NCBI GenBank assembly: GCA_031732855.1
Contig: JAVMKJ010000110.1
Span: 21,006-85,005, forward strand
Length of the DNA stretch: 64,000 nt
DNA from: Candidatus Competibacter sp.
Lineage (GTDB): Bacteria; Pseudomonadota; Gammaproteobacteria; Competibacterales; Competibacteraceae
Direction of reading: 5' to 3'
Part shown: positions 52,911-64,000 of the stretch, one piece after another
How the letters are laid out: each line of letters starts with the position of its first letter
How positions within the stretch are numbered: the stretch's first letter is position 1
The notes under the pieces: model-generated
What the model was told of the DNA's origin: nothing
Seen by the model: only the letters and a program-made list of their open reading frames with translations
The model's database searches: none
Made by a program: the position numbers and the translations under genes

Positions 52911-53319
52911 AAATACGTTCCTTGCTGCTTGACTTGGCTTGCAATGTAAAGTCAATGCGGATTTTCAGTTGGCCATGCCTGCCATTGCTTACAACTCGAA
53001 CAAAAACTTTTTTATAATAATCCATATGTGAACAAATACAAACAAAGGTCAATTTCAAGAGACCCAATCATGGAACAGCCAGTTTGCTGTATTATGCAAC
53101 CAACAGTTTCAAGAGGGGTTTGAGCAGGCTTTTTCTTCAGAGGCGGGCATTATGACGAACTGAAAGAATGTTGCGGCAGAGCGAAGTAAATTACTCTCCT
53201 GGTAGGAAACCGAAGGCCAAGGAAGACTTTCCCCCTTGACCGGAGGAGAGGAAACAGAACGCCTCCTTCTCCCGAGTTGCCTGCGAGGGTAGATAGGAAA
53301 TTCGGGCACACCCTTCCCC

Positions 53320-54612
53320 TCAGGCGGGCAGCAGTTCCGCTGCCTGCACCATGCTGCGCTTGTGCTCGATGTAATAGGCAAATTCGTGGCGATAATGCTT
53401 GACGAAACTGCGAACCGGCATCGCGGCGGCATCGCCCAGCGCGCAGATGGTCCGCCCTTCGATGCGGCTGGCCACGCTGTCCAGCAGATCCAGATCCTCG
53501 GGCCGCCCCTTGCCCTCGACGATGCGGGTGACCATCCGGTACAGCCAGCCGGTGCCTTCGCGGCACGGTGTACACTGGCCGCAGGATTCGGAATAGTAGA
53601 ACCGGGAGATGCGTTGCAGCGTCTTGACCATATCGGTGGTCTCGTCCATGACGATCACCGCTCCGGAACCCAGCATCGAACCGGCCTTGACGACCGAATC
53701 GTAGTCCATGTTGGCTTTCAACATGATCTCGCCCGGCACCACCGGCACCGAGGATCCGCCCGGAATGACCGCCTTGAGCCGGCGACCCTTCCAAACCCCA
53801 CCGGCCAAAGCCAGCAGTTCGGCGAACGGAATACCCATCGAAACCTCGAAATTGCCGGGCCTCTCGACATGGCCGGACACCGAGAAAATCTTGGTGCCGC
53901 CCGCGTTGGTGGTCCCGAGGTCGGCAAACCATCCGCCACCGTTGCGAATGATCGAGGGTACCGAGGAATACGTCTCGGTGTTGTTGATGGTGGTCGGCCG
54001 GCCGTACAAGCCATAGCTGGCCGGGAACGGCGGCTTGAAGCGAGGCTGGCCTTTCTTGCCCTCGAGCGACTCCAGCAGGGCGGTTTCCTCGCCGCAGATG
54101 TAGGCGCCGGCGCCCAAGGTCGGATACAGATCGAAGTCGATACCCGAACCCATGATGTTCCTACCCAGCAGGCCGGCGGCATAAGCTTCCTCGACCGCGT
54201 TTTCGAAGCGCTGGAAAGGCTCGTCCATGAACTCGCCGCGCATGTAATTGTACCCAACGGTGGAGCCGGTCGCGAACCCGGCGATGGCCATGCCTTCGAC
54301 CAGAGCATGGGGGTTGAAGCGCAGGATGTCGCGGTCCTTGCAGGTACCCGGTTCGGATTCGTCCGAATTGCAGACCATGTACTTTTGCACCGAAGCGTTG
54401 CGCGGCATGAACGTCCATTTCAGGCCAGCCGGGAACCCGGCGCCGCCGCGACCGCGCAGGCCGGACTTCTTGACTTCATCGATCACCTGATCGGGAGTCA
54501 GACCCCCAGCCAGAATCTTTTTCCAAGCCTCGTACCCGCCTATGGTCGTGTAGGTATCGATCGACCAAGGCCGGTCCAGACCCAGCGTCCGGTAACACAC
54601 TTCGTTGGCCAT
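53320..54612 (-). CDS. nuoF: NADH-quinone oxidoreductase subunit F
   Basis: [23 protein letters not shown]-binding Gly-rich motifs, and the 4Fe-4S motif [12 protein letters not shown]. Confidence 0.95.
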   Translation of the reverse strand: MANEVCYRTLGLDRPWSIDTYTTIGGYEAWKKILAGGLTPDQVIDEVKKSGLRGRGGAGFPAGLKWTFMPRNASVQKYMVCNSDESEPGTCKDRDILRFNPHALVEGMAIAGFATGSTVGYNYMRGEFMDEPFQRFENAVEEAYAAGLLGRNIMGSGIDFDLYPTLGAGAYICGEETALLESLEGKKGQPRFKPPFPASYGLYGRPTTINNTETYSSVPSIIRNGGGWFADLGTTNAGGTKIFSVSGHVERPGNFEVSMGIPFAELLALAGGVWKGRRLKAVIPGGSSVPVVPGEIMLKANMDYDSVVKAGSMLGSGAVIVMDETTDMVKTLQRISRFYYSESCGQCTPCREGTGWLYRMVTRIVEGKGRPEDLDLLDSVASRIEGRTICALGDAAAMPVRSFVKHYRHEFAYYIEHKRSMVQAAELLPA

Positions 54613-54618
54613 CGCGGT

Positions 54619-55116
54619 TTACTCCAGACTATCCAGCACCTGATCCACCTTTTCAGGAGTCAGATGTTCGTAGTAGACGTGATCCACCTGCATCATCGGC
54701 GCCCCGCAACAGGCGGCCAGGCATTCCTCTTCTTTCTTCAGGTAGAACTTGCCGTCCGGCGTGCTCTCGCCCAGCTTGATGCCGAGTTTCTTCTCGATGT
54801 ACGCCAGCACGGTATCGCCGCCGCGCAACATGCAGGAAATGTTGGTGCAAACCGCGATGTTATGCCGGCCGACCGGTTCCAGCTCGAACATCGAATAGAA
54901 GCTGGCCACCTCGTAAACGGCGATGGGCGGCATATCCAGGTAGTCGGCCACCGCATCCATCAATTCCGTGGTCAGATAGCCGCCGTTCTCGTGCTGCACC
55001 TCGCGCAGGGCTGCCAGCACCGCCGATTGCTTGCGCTCGGGGGGATAGCGGGTCAGCCAGTGATCGATCTCCGCGCGGGCGTGGGCGGACAGCAGATCGC
55101 TCTTGCGTGCACTCAT
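54619..55116 (-). CDS. nuoE: NADH-quinone oxidoreductase subunit E
   Basis: Thioredoxin-like 2Fe-2S subunit with CTNISCMLRG .. CLAACCGAPMM. Confidence 0.95.
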   Translation of the reverse strand: MSARKSDLLSAHARAEIDHWLTRYPPERKQSAVLAALREVQHENGGYLTTELMDAVADYLDMPPIAVYEVASFYSMFELEPVGRHNIAVCTNISCMLRGGDTVLAYIEKKLGIKLGESTPDGKFYLKKEEECLAACCGAPMMQVDHVYYEHLTPEKVDQVLDSLE

Positions 55117-56375
55117 TAGCGGTCGACCTCTCCGAAGACGATATCCTGTGTGCCGATGACGGCCACCACGTCGGCCAGCATGTGGCCGCGGGTCATCTCG
55201 TCCATGGACGACAGATGCGCGAAGCCGGCCGCTCGGACCTTGACCCGATAAGGTTTGTTGGCGCCGTCGGAAATCAGATAAATTCCATATTCGCCCTTGG
55301 GATGTTCGGTGGCCACATAGACCTCACCCTCGGGCACGCAGTAGCCCTCCGTGAACAGTTTGAAATGGTGGATCAGGGCTTCCATGTCCTCCTTCATCTT
55401 TTCGCGCGGCGGAGGGGCAACCTTACAGTCGTCGACGATGACGGGGCCAGGATTTTCCTTCAGCCATTTCACGCACTGCCGGATGATGCGATTGGACTGG
55501 CGCAATTCCTCGACCCGGACCAGGTAGCGGTCGTAGCAGTCGCCGTTGACCCCTACCGGAATGTCGAAATCCAACTGGTCGTAGACTTCGTAGGGCTGCT
55601 TCTTGCGCAGGTCCCAGGCGATGCCGGAACCGCGCAACATCGGGCCGGAAAAGCCCAGTTGCAGAGCGCGCTCGGGCGACACCACGCCGATACCAACCAG
55701 CCGCTGTTTCCAGATCCGGTTGTCGGTCAACAGGGTTTCGTATTCATCCACCCGCTGCGGGAACCGTTCGGTGAACGCCTCGATGAAGTCGAGCAGCGAT
55801 CCCAACCGGGTGGCGTTCCGTTCGTCCACATCCTTCTTGCTGTGAAGCCTGGACGTTTCATACTCATATTTCGACATCGTGTTCGGCAAGTCGCGATAGA
55901 CGCCGCCCACGCGGAAATAGGAGGGGTGCAGCCGCGCTCCGGAGACCGCCTCGTAGCAGTCCATCAGATCCTCGCGCTCGCGGAAGGCGTAGAGAAACAT
56001 CGTCATGGCGCCGACGTCCAGACCGTGAGCGCCGATCCACAACAGATGGTTCAAGATGCGAGTGATTTCCGCGTACATGACCCGGATGTACTGGGCGCGC
56101 ACCGGCGGCTGGATGCCCAGCAATTTTTCGATGGCCAGCACGTAACCGTGCTCGTTGCTCATCGCCGACATGTAATCGAGCCGGTCCATGTAGCCGATGC
56201 TTTGGTTGAACGGCTTGCTCTCGGCCAGTTTTTCGGTGCCGCGGTGCAACAGGCCAATGTGTGGGTCGGCGCGCTGGACCACCTCGCCGTCCATCTCCAG
56301 CACCAGGCGAAGTACGCCGTGGGCAGCCGGATGCTGCGGCCCGAAGTTCAGAGTGTAATTGCGAATCTCAGGCAT
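55116..56375 (-). CDS. nuoD: NADH-quinone oxidoreductase subunit D
   Basis: [31 protein letters not shown].., 419 aa, 49-kDa subunit pattern. Confidence 0.95.
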   Translation of the reverse strand: MPEIRNYTLNFGPQHPAAHGVLRLVLEMDGEVVQRADPHIGLLHRGTEKLAESKPFNQSIGYMDRLDYMSAMSNEHGYVLAIEKLLGIQPPVRAQYIRVMYAEITRILNHLLWIGAHGLDVGAMTMFLYAFREREDLMDCYEAVSGARLHPSYFRVGGVYRDLPNTMSKYEYETSRLHSKKDVDERNATRLGSLLDFIEAFTERFPQRVDEYETLLTDNRIWKQRLVGIGVVSPERALQLGFSGPMLRGSGIAWDLRKKQPYEVYDQLDFDIPVGVNGDCYDRYLVRVEELRQSNRIIRQCVKWLKENPGPVIVDDCKVAPPPREKMKEDMEALIHHFKLFTEGYCVPEGEVYVATEHPKGEYGIYLISDGANKPYRVKVRAAGFAHLSSMDEMTRGHMLADVVAVIGTQDIVFGEVDR

Positions 56376-56387
56376 CGACGGCTTCCC

Positions 56388-57095
56388 TCAATGCGGATCG
56401 GACAGGTAGCGGTTGTCCTTGCGGATGACGCGGGGCACCAGAACGCGCGGCTCGATACTGACCGGCTCGTATACCACGCGGCCTCGTTCGGGATCGTAGC
56501 GCATCTCGACATTGCCGATCAGCGGGAAGTCCTTGCGGAACGGATGGCCGATGAAACCGTAATCGGTCAGGATGCGGCGCAGATCCGGATGACCTTCGAA
56601 CACGATGCCGAACAAGTCGAAGGCTTCACGCTCGAACCAGTTGGCTGATGCCCACAGGGGCACCACCGAAGGCACCACCGGCAACTGGTCATCGGGAGCA
56701 AACACTCGAACTCGCACCCGCTGGTTGCGGGAAATCGACAGAAGTTGATAGACGGCGGCAAAGCGGCCCTTGCCAGGGGCGGTTCGCCCGGCCGCGTATC
56801 GGACCGCGGCGGGACCGCGACCGGTGGCCCGTTCGACGACCCCTCGGCTGAAACCCTTGTTGGTGGATTCGTTGGTCGCCCACTCCACCTCGCCGTAGAC
56901 CGAGTAATCCACGCCGCAGACATCCATCACCTGTTCGAAGGCAAAATCGGGCTCGTCACGCAGGGCAACAAACACCTCAATGGCCCTGGCCGGCGAAACC
57001 TCGATGGTGGCTTCCCCGCGGTCGAGCTTGCATTCGAGCAGGATATCGCCGAATCGGGCCTGGAGTTTTTCCACAAGGATCTGCACGTTAGCCAT
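56388..57095 (-). CDS. nuoC: NADH-quinone oxidoreductase subunit C
   Basis: 30-kDa subunit motif [31 protein letters not shown]. Confidence 0.9.
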   Translation of the reverse strand: MANVQILVEKLQARFGDILLECKLDRGEATIEVSPARAIEVFVALRDEPDFAFEQVMDVCGVDYSVYGEVEWATNESTNKGFSRGVVERATGRGPAAVRYAAGRTAPGKGRFAAVYQLLSISRNQRVRVRVFAPDDQLPVVPSVVPLWASANWFEREAFDLFGIVFEGHPDLRRILTDYGFIGHPFRKDFPLIGNVEMRYDPERGRVVYEPVSIEPRVLVPRVIRKDNRYLSDPH

Positions 57096-57107
57096 GGAGC
57101 TTCTCCC

Positions 57108-57584
57108 TCAGCGGGCTATGGTGTTGGTGCGCCGGATCTTGTTCTGCAACTGGATAATTCCGTACAGCAGAGCTTCCGCCGTCGGCGGACAACCGGGCAC
57201 GTAGATATCCACTGGCACGATCCGGTCGCAGCCGCGCACCACCGCGTAGGAATAATGATAATAGCCGCCGCCGTTGGCGCAGGACCCCATGGAAATCACC
57301 CAGCGCGGTTCGGCCATCTGATCGTAGACCTTGCGAAAAGCCGGACCCATCTTGTTGCACAAGGTGCCCGCCACAATGATCACGTCGGATTGACGGGGGC
57401 TGGGCCGGAACACGATGCCGAATCGGTCCAGATCGTAGCGGGACGCACCCGCGTGCATCATCTCCACCGCGCAGCATGCCAGACCGAAGGTCATCGGCCA
57501 CATCGAACCCGTGCGCGCCCAGTTGATGAGCTTGTCGGCGGTGGTGGTCACCAAGCCTTTTTCAAGAATACCTTCTATTCCCAT
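57108..57584 (-). CDS. nuoB: NADH-quinone oxidoreductase subunit B
   Basis: PSST-type motifs [20 protein letters not shown] and VPGCPP. The start was moved to the ATG at 57584 (Met38 of the listed ORF). Confidence 0.93.
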   Translation of the reverse strand: MGIEGILEKGLVTTTADKLINWARTGSMWPMTFGLACCAVEMMHAGASRYDLDRFGIVFRPSPRQSDVIIVAGTLCNKMGPAFRKVYDQMAEPRWVISMGSCANGGGYYHYSYAVVRGCDRIVPVDIYVPGCPPTAEALLYGIIQLQNKIRRTNTIAR

Positions 57585-57931
57585 TCCAAGGCTCCTTTCT
57601 TCCACTCGTAAATGAATCCGATGACCAGGATGCCGAGAAAAACCGCCATCGCCGCGAAACCGAACAGACCGATTTGGTCGAGCACGATCGCCCACGGAAA
57701 CAGGAAGGCGATTTCCAAATCGAAAATGATGAACAGGATGGCCACCAAGTAATAGCGGACATCAAATTTCATCCGGGAATCCTCGAAAGCCTCGAAGCCG
57801 CACTCGTAAGGTGATGTTTTTTCACTGTCGGGGCGGCGAGTGCCGAGGAAATAGCCGAGGCCGATCACGATCACGGCCATCGCGACGGCAATGATCACAA
57901 AAATCAGGACGGGAAGATAATTGGACAGCAT
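57575..57931 (-). CDS. nuoA: NADH-quinone oxidoreductase subunit A
   Basis: 118 aa, three TM helices, PYECGF motif. Confidence 0.93.
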   Translation of the reverse strand: MLSNYLPVLIFVIIAVAMAVIVIGLGYFLGTRRPDSEKTSPYECGFEAFEDSRMKFDVRYYLVAILFIIFDLEIAFLFPWAIVLDQIGLFGFAAMAVFLGILVIGFIYEWKKGALEWE

Positions 57932-58223
57932 CAGGGTCGCACCTTAGACATGGCGTGACGGGAGAGCGCGGTTACGATGGCCAAGCTCGAACTCGAACCG
58001 AAACCACTCCGGTTCGCCTGGCAACTAGACCGGATCACTGGCTATGGACATGCCGGACGGAACAACATACGGGGCGCATTGCTTTTTATAATTAGAACGC
58101 CGCATGTAAAACGAAACCTCGCAATGGTGGCTGCAATTCGATTCCCCGGAGGCGGGATGCGCGACCGGGTTACCGGGGAAAACGCATGGCATTAATGGTG
58201 ATCCCAAGATGCCCGGTGTTGTT

Positions 58224-58308
58224 TGGTACCGATGGCCGGACTCGAACCGGCACGGCTTGCGCCACTAACCCCTCAAGCTAGCGTGTCTACCAGTTCCACC
58301 ACATCGGC
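58224..58308 (-). tRNA. tRNA-Leu (anticodon GAG)
   Basis: 85-nt class II tRNA folded by hand. Acceptor GCCGATG/CATCGGT (G1-U72, as in E. coli leuU), anticodon stem CTAGC/GTTAG with loop TTGAGGG, a long variable arm, T arm GCCGG-TTCGAGT-CCGGC, and an encoded CCA. It lies immediately downstream of secG, as in E. coli secG-leuU. Confidence 0.9.
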
Positions 58309-58334
58309 ACGTTAAAAAAACCAAAGAACCTTCT

Positions 58335-58682
58335 TCACTGCTTCTGCAGCGGCAACGGCGGAACATCGGCCGGGCCACCGCTGCTCTGGGGCTTGTCGGC
58401 GGCTTGCTGCTCGATCCGCACCCGATCGACAACGCTCTTCGGTACCGAAGTCTGGGTTGCGAAGTAAGCCAGCGTTAAACTGCTCAAGAAGAACGCCGTC
58501 GCCAAGGCGGCGGTGGTCCGGCTCAGGAAGGAAGCCGAACCGCGCGAGCCGAACATCGTCGCGGAGGCGCCGCTTCCAAACGCCGCGCCGGCATCGGCGC
58601 CCTTGCCCTGCTGCAGAAGCACCAAGGCGATCAACGCAACGGCAACGACAACGTGCGCGACGAGAATGAGGGTATGGGCCAT
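58335..58682 (-). CDS. secG: Preprotein translocase subunit SecG
   Basis: [53 protein letters not shown]. Confidence 0.93.
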   Translation of the reverse strand: MAHTLILVAHVVVAVALIALVLLQQGKGADAGAAFGSGASATMFGSRGSASFLSRTTAALATAFFLSSLTLAYFATQTSVPKSVVDRVRIEQQAADKPQSSGGPADVPPLPLQKQ

Positions 58683-58691
58683 GACAGCAGT

Positions 58692-59444
58692 TTAACAGCC
58701 CGCCTTGGCAATCGCCAGAAACTCCTTGGCATCGAGCGAGGCGCCGCCGATCAGACCGCCGTCGATGTCGGGCATGGCCAGCAGTTCACCGGCATTGGCC
58801 GCCTTCATGCTGCCGCCATAGAGGATGCGGGTTTTCGCCGCCACCGCCGGATCGTGTTTGGCCAGTTCGGCGCGAATGAAAGCGTGAACCTCCTGGGCCT
58901 GCTGGGGCGTCGCGGTCCGTCCGGTGCCGATGGCCCAGACCGGTTCGTAGGCGATCACGGCGTCGTTGAAAGCCCCTATGCCTTCCAGATCGAGCACCGC
59001 CTCGAGCTGCCGCTCGACCACGGCTTCGGTCACGCCCTGCTCGCGTTCCTCCAGGGTCTCGCCCACGCAGAGAATCGGCACGATGCCCAGCTTGCGGGCG
59101 GCGGCGAATTTGCTGGCGACTACTCGATCGGTCTCGCCGTACAGGGTGCGCCGCTCGGAATGGCCGACGATAACGTACTTGCAATGGAAATCCTGGAGCA
59201 TCGAGCCGGCCACTTCGCCGGTATAGGCGCCGGAAGCGTGCTCGGAGAGATTCTGCGTCCCCCAGGCAATGGCGGTACCGGACAACTGCTGTTCGACCGG
59301 TCCGAGGTAGACGAACGGCGGAAACACCGCCAACTCCACCGCCGCAACCTGAGCGGCACCCTCTTTGATTCCGTGCAACAACTGACGGATGCTGTCCGCC
59401 GAGCCATTCATTTTCCAGTTTCCGGCCACCAGCTTACGGCGCAT
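58692..59444 (-). CDS. tpiA: Triosephosphate isomerase
   Basis: [14 protein letters not shown] .. IVGHSERR .. [17 protein letters not shown]. The start was moved to the ATG at 59444. Confidence 0.95.
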   Translation of the reverse strand: MRRKLVAGNWKMNGSADSIRQLLHGIKEGAAQVAAVELAVFPPFVYLGPVEQQLSGTAIAWGTQNLSEHASGAYTGEVAGSMLQDFHCKYVIVGHSERRTLYGETDRVVASKFAAARKLGIVPILCVGETLEEREQGVTEAVVERQLEAVLDLEGIGAFNDAVIAYEPVWAIGTGRTATPQQAQEVHAFIRAELAKHDPAVAAKTRILYGGSMKAANAGELLAMPDIDGGLIGGASLDAKEFLAIAKAGC

Positions 59445-59503
59445 GTTGTTACCTCCCGTTTGAAAAACCGGCAAAGCTTACGAATTTCGTGCTCGGAAAG
59501 CAA

Positions 59504-60844
59504 TCACGCCGACAGGGCATCCCGCACCACCCCGGCCAGATCGCGGGCATGGCGCTCGACGGTTTCGGCATCGGCGCCCTCCACCATGACCCGCACCACC
59601 GGTTCGGTTCCCGACGGACGCAACAGCACCCGGCCATGATCGCCCAACTGGCTCTCCACCGTCCGGATGGCTTCCAAGATCGGCGCCCGGTGAAGATCCA
59701 CCGCTCCGGCCACCGACACGTTGATCAGGATCTGAGGATATTTGGTCATGCCGGCCTTGAGATCGTGCAGGCTTTTTCCGGCCTGTAGCATCGCCGCCAG
59801 AACTTGTAGCGCGGAGATGATCCCGTCGCCGGTCGTGGTCCGGTCCAGACAGATGATGTGGCCGGAATTCTCGCCGCCCAGAATCAGATTCTCGGCCAGC
59901 AGGCGCTCCATCACGTAGCGGTCGCCCACCTTGGCACGGTGCAGTTCGAGCCCCAGCGCCCGCAGCGCGATTTCCAGCCCCAGATTGGTCATCAGCGTGC
60001 CGACCACGGCGTTGAACCGGCTACCGGTGCGCAGGCGGTCGCGGGCGATGATGAACAGCAGTTCGTCGCCATCCAGGATTTCGCCCCGGTGATCCACCAT
60101 GATCACCCGGTCGCCGTCGCCGTCGAAGGCGATTCCGAGGTCGGCGCCCTGCTCCCTGACGGTTTCGCGCAGGATCGCGGGCCTGGTGGAACCGCAGTCC
60201 AGATTGATGTTGAGGCCATCCGGCGAGACGCCGATGGGAATCACGGTCGCGCCGAGTTCGCCGAACACGCTGGGTGCAACGTGATAGGTCGCGCCGTGGG
60301 CGCAGTCCACCACGATTTTCAGTCCGGCCAGACTGGTATGGGCGGGAATCGTGCTCTTGCAGAATTCGATGTAGCGGCCGGCGGCATCGACGATGCGCTC
60401 GGCCTTGCCCAGAACATCGGGTTCCACGGTTTCCAGCGGTTGCTCGAGCAGATCCTCGATGCGCTCCTCGGCCGCGTCGGGCAGCTTCTGGCCGTCGCGG
60501 GAGAAAAACTTGATGCCGTTGTCGTAGTAGGGATTATGGGAGGCGCTGACCACGATGCCGGCACAGGCGTGCAAGGTGCGGGTCAGGTAGGCGATACCAG
60601 GCGTCGGCATCGGTCCCAGCAGGGCGATGTTGACGCCGGCCGCCGACAGGCCCGCCTCGAGGGCCGATTCGAACATGTAGCCGGAAATCCGGGTGTCCTT
60701 GCCGATGACCACCTTGTTGAATCCCTTGGTCTGCAACACCCGCCCCACCGCCCAACCCAGCTTCAACACGAATTCCGCCGTAATCGGGTGCTCGCCGACG
60801 CGCCCGCGAATGCCGTCCGTACCGAAATAACGTTTTGCCATCAT
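59504..60844 (-). CDS. glmM: Phosphoglucosamine mutase
   Basis: YFGTDGIRG, active-site [15 protein letters not shown] and GDGDR. Confidence 0.95.
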   Translation of the reverse strand: MMAKRYFGTDGIRGRVGEHPITAEFVLKLGWAVGRVLQTKGFNKVVIGKDTRISGYMFESALEAGLSAAGVNIALLGPMPTPGIAYLTRTLHACAGIVVSASHNPYYDNGIKFFSRDGQKLPDAAEERIEDLLEQPLETVEPDVLGKAERIVDAAGRYIEFCKSTIPAHTSLAGLKIVVDCAHGATYHVAPSVFGELGATVIPIGVSPDGLNINLDCGSTRPAILRETVREQGADLGIAFDGDGDRVIMVDHRGEILDGDELLFIIARDRLRTGSRFNAVVGTLMTNLGLEIALRALGLELHRAKVGDRYVMERLLAENLILGGENSGHIICLDRTTTGDGIISALQVLAAMLQAGKSLHDLKAGMTKYPQILINVSVAGAVDLHRAPILEAIRTVESQLGDHGRVLLRPSGTEPVVRVMVEGADAETVERHARDLAGVVRDALSA

Positions 60845-60934
60845 GATTCCCCTGATTCAGCACAGTCGGTTATTCTAGCGGGGCCCGGCGCAGGGCGCAC
60901 GCGGCATGCCGGCCAGCGATACGAACCGCTCCGG

Positions 60935-61765
60935 TCAGCCAACCGTCAGGACGGCAGAACAAACCCGCAGGGCCCGAACCGTTTCCCGCACGTCGTGGGC
61001 ACGGACGATGCGCGCGCCCTGCCAGACGGCGATGACCGCCGCCGCCAGACTACCGGCCAGTCGTTCGCCAACCGGCACATCCAGCAGCAAACCGATCATG
61101 CTCTTGCGGGACATACCGACCAATACCCCAGCCGCCAGCCCGGTAAAACGGTCCAGATGACGCAGCAGGATCAGATTGTGGTCCAGCGTCTTGCCGAAAC
61201 CAAAGCCGGGATCGATCAGAATCCGTTCGCGGGAGATACCGGCGCTTTCGCAGACGCGAATCCGCTCGGCCAGAGAGGCGTGAACCTCCGCCACCACGTC
61301 GGAGTAGCGGGGTTCCCGTTGCATGGTCGAGGGTTCGCCCCGCATGTGCATCAAACAGACCGGGACGCCGCTGGCGGCGGCGGCTTCCAACGCACCCGGC
61401 AGGCACAAGGCCCGCACGTCGTTGATCAGTCCGGCGCCGGCCCGGACCGCCTCGCGCATGACTTCGGGCTTGCTGGTATCCACCGAAACCGGCACCGGCA
61501 ACTCCCGCGCCAGTCGTTCCACCACCGGCAACACCCGCCCCAACTCTTCCCGAGCCGATACCGGCGACGCGCCCGGACGGGTGGATTCGCCGCCGACATC
61601 GATCAGCGCGGCGCCCTCTTCCACCATGGTTTCGGCGCGGCGCAGGGCTTCGGCCAACCGCAGGTAACATCCGCCGTCGGAAAGCGAATCGGGAGTGACG
61701 TTCAGCACTCCCATTACGGCGGGCCGGCTCAGGTCGACGATCTTGCCCGCGCAGTCGAGCCGCAT
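60935..61765 (-). CDS. folP: Dihydropteroate synthase
   Basis: GVLNVTPDSLSDGG .. LIDVGGESTRPG .. SVDT .. GFGFGKT. Confidence 0.95.
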   Translation of the reverse strand: MRLDCAGKIVDLSRPAVMGVLNVTPDSLSDGGCYLRLAEALRRAETMVEEGAALIDVGGESTRPGASPVSAREELGRVLPVVERLARELPVPVSVDTSKPEVMREAVRAGAGLINDVRALCLPGALEAAAASGVPVCLMHMRGEPSTMQREPRYSDVVAEVHASLAERIRVCESAGISRERILIDPGFGFGKTLDHNLILLRHLDRFTGLAAGVLVGMSRKSMIGLLLDVPVGERLAGSLAAAVIAVWQGARIVRAHDVRETVRALRVCSAVLTVG

Positions 61766-61768
61766 GGC

Positions 61769-63694
<1,926 letters not shown>

Positions 63695-63793
63695 GGCGAA
63701 TACCTCAACAAGCCAGACAATGACAGAGAGTTGGGGGCGAATCGCTGATTTTCCAGCGCAACGGCTTCAAAAACAGCGATTTTTTAGACCGGC

Positions 63794-64000
63794 TCACCCA
63801 CGATAGTTCCGGGCCACCAGATACTGCTCGGCGCTGCGGGGGCGCGAGGCCCTGGGCTTGCGCGAAACGATCGAGACGAACGCCGCTCGCAGTTCTTTCA
63901 GAAAGGCATCGAAGCCCTCGCCCTGAAACACCTTGACCAGAAAACCCCCGCCTGGCCGCAGGCAACGCCGGGAAAAATCCAGAGCCAGTTCGGCCAGATA
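63794..64000 (-). CDS. rlmE: 23S rRNA 2'-O-methyltransferase RlmE (FtsJ), C-terminal fragment; 5' end outside window
   Basis: My own translation of the minus strand from nt 64000 reads [68 protein letters not shown], with the stop at 63794-63796. This frame is not in the supplied track because it has no in-window start. The position upstream of ftsH is conserved. Confidence 0.85.
   Translation of the reverse strand, partial: YLAELALDFSRRCLRPGGGFLVKVFQGEGFDAFLKELRAAFVSIVSRKPRASRPRSAEQYLVARNYRG

Noticed and set aside
53109-53319. Truncated nuoG remnant downstream of nuoF (including the listed 107-aa ORF 53109-53432)
   Set aside because: Minus-strand translations show no 2Fe-2S ferredoxin-like NuoG N-terminus. 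The region is hairpins plus AT-rich DNA, and the 107-aa ORF overlaps nuoF.
35957-53319. Direct repeats or att sites flanking the 36-53 kb block
   Set aside because: Only a short AT-rich string (TATAATAA) is shared by the two junctions. That is expected by chance in AT-rich DNA. No integrase or transposase is present.
53362-56648. 585-aa and 513-aa plus-strand ORFs (53362-55119, 55107-56648)
   Set aside because: They are antisense to nuoF/nuoE and nuoD/nuoC. They are artefacts of GC-rich third-codon positions.
57973-58021. A second complete tRNA gene next to tRNA-Leu
   Set aside because: No 5' acceptor strand, D arm or anticodon arm can be folded. Only a T-arm/acceptor-like fragment exists. 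It is reported as a fragment in the findings instead.

Overview
This is a high-GC proteobacterial chromosome segment, and the conserved gene order looks gammaproteobacterial. All family calls were made by eye from motifs, composition and synteny. No database or HMM search was run, and the ORF starts I adjusted are inferences.

Layout from left to right:
1. 1-10.9 kb: the distal end of a prophage-like tail module. It holds a tape-measure-like protein entering from upstream, a 1220-aa tail protein, a SPRY-domain protein and smaller coupled ORFs.
2. 11-20 kb: core genes. These are a cyclic-nucleotide-gated K+ channel, rpsT, and murJ-ribF-ileS-lspA-ispH.
3. 20.1-30.8 kb: the type IV pilus minor-pilin operon fimT-pilV-pilW-pilX-pilY1-pilE, with divergent algZ(fimS)-algR. 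PilY1 is 1781 aa and carries a PA14-like insert.
4. 30.9-36 kb: tRNA-Thr, an AguB-like CN-hydrolase, a rubrerythrin / Fe-S / DUF3501 triad, and der.
5. 36.2-52.9 kb: a 15-gene, single-strand, translationally coupled accessory operon that I cannot assign to any named pathway.
6. 53.3-64 kb: the conserved block nuoFEDCBA, tRNA-Leu, secG, tpiA, glmM, folP, ftsH and rlmE (partial).

The accessory operon in (5) is my candidate for the novel system.
- It contains three tandem sulfotransferase-like / beta-propeller gene pairs and two alkaline-phosphatase-fold enzymes.
- It also contains a carrier protein, two hydrolases, a TPR protein, two low-complexity coiled-coil proteins, and a PqqD-like / degenerate-M50 / HlyD fusion.
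- It sits between AT-rich junctions where the usual bamB-der and nuoF-nuoG synteny is broken.
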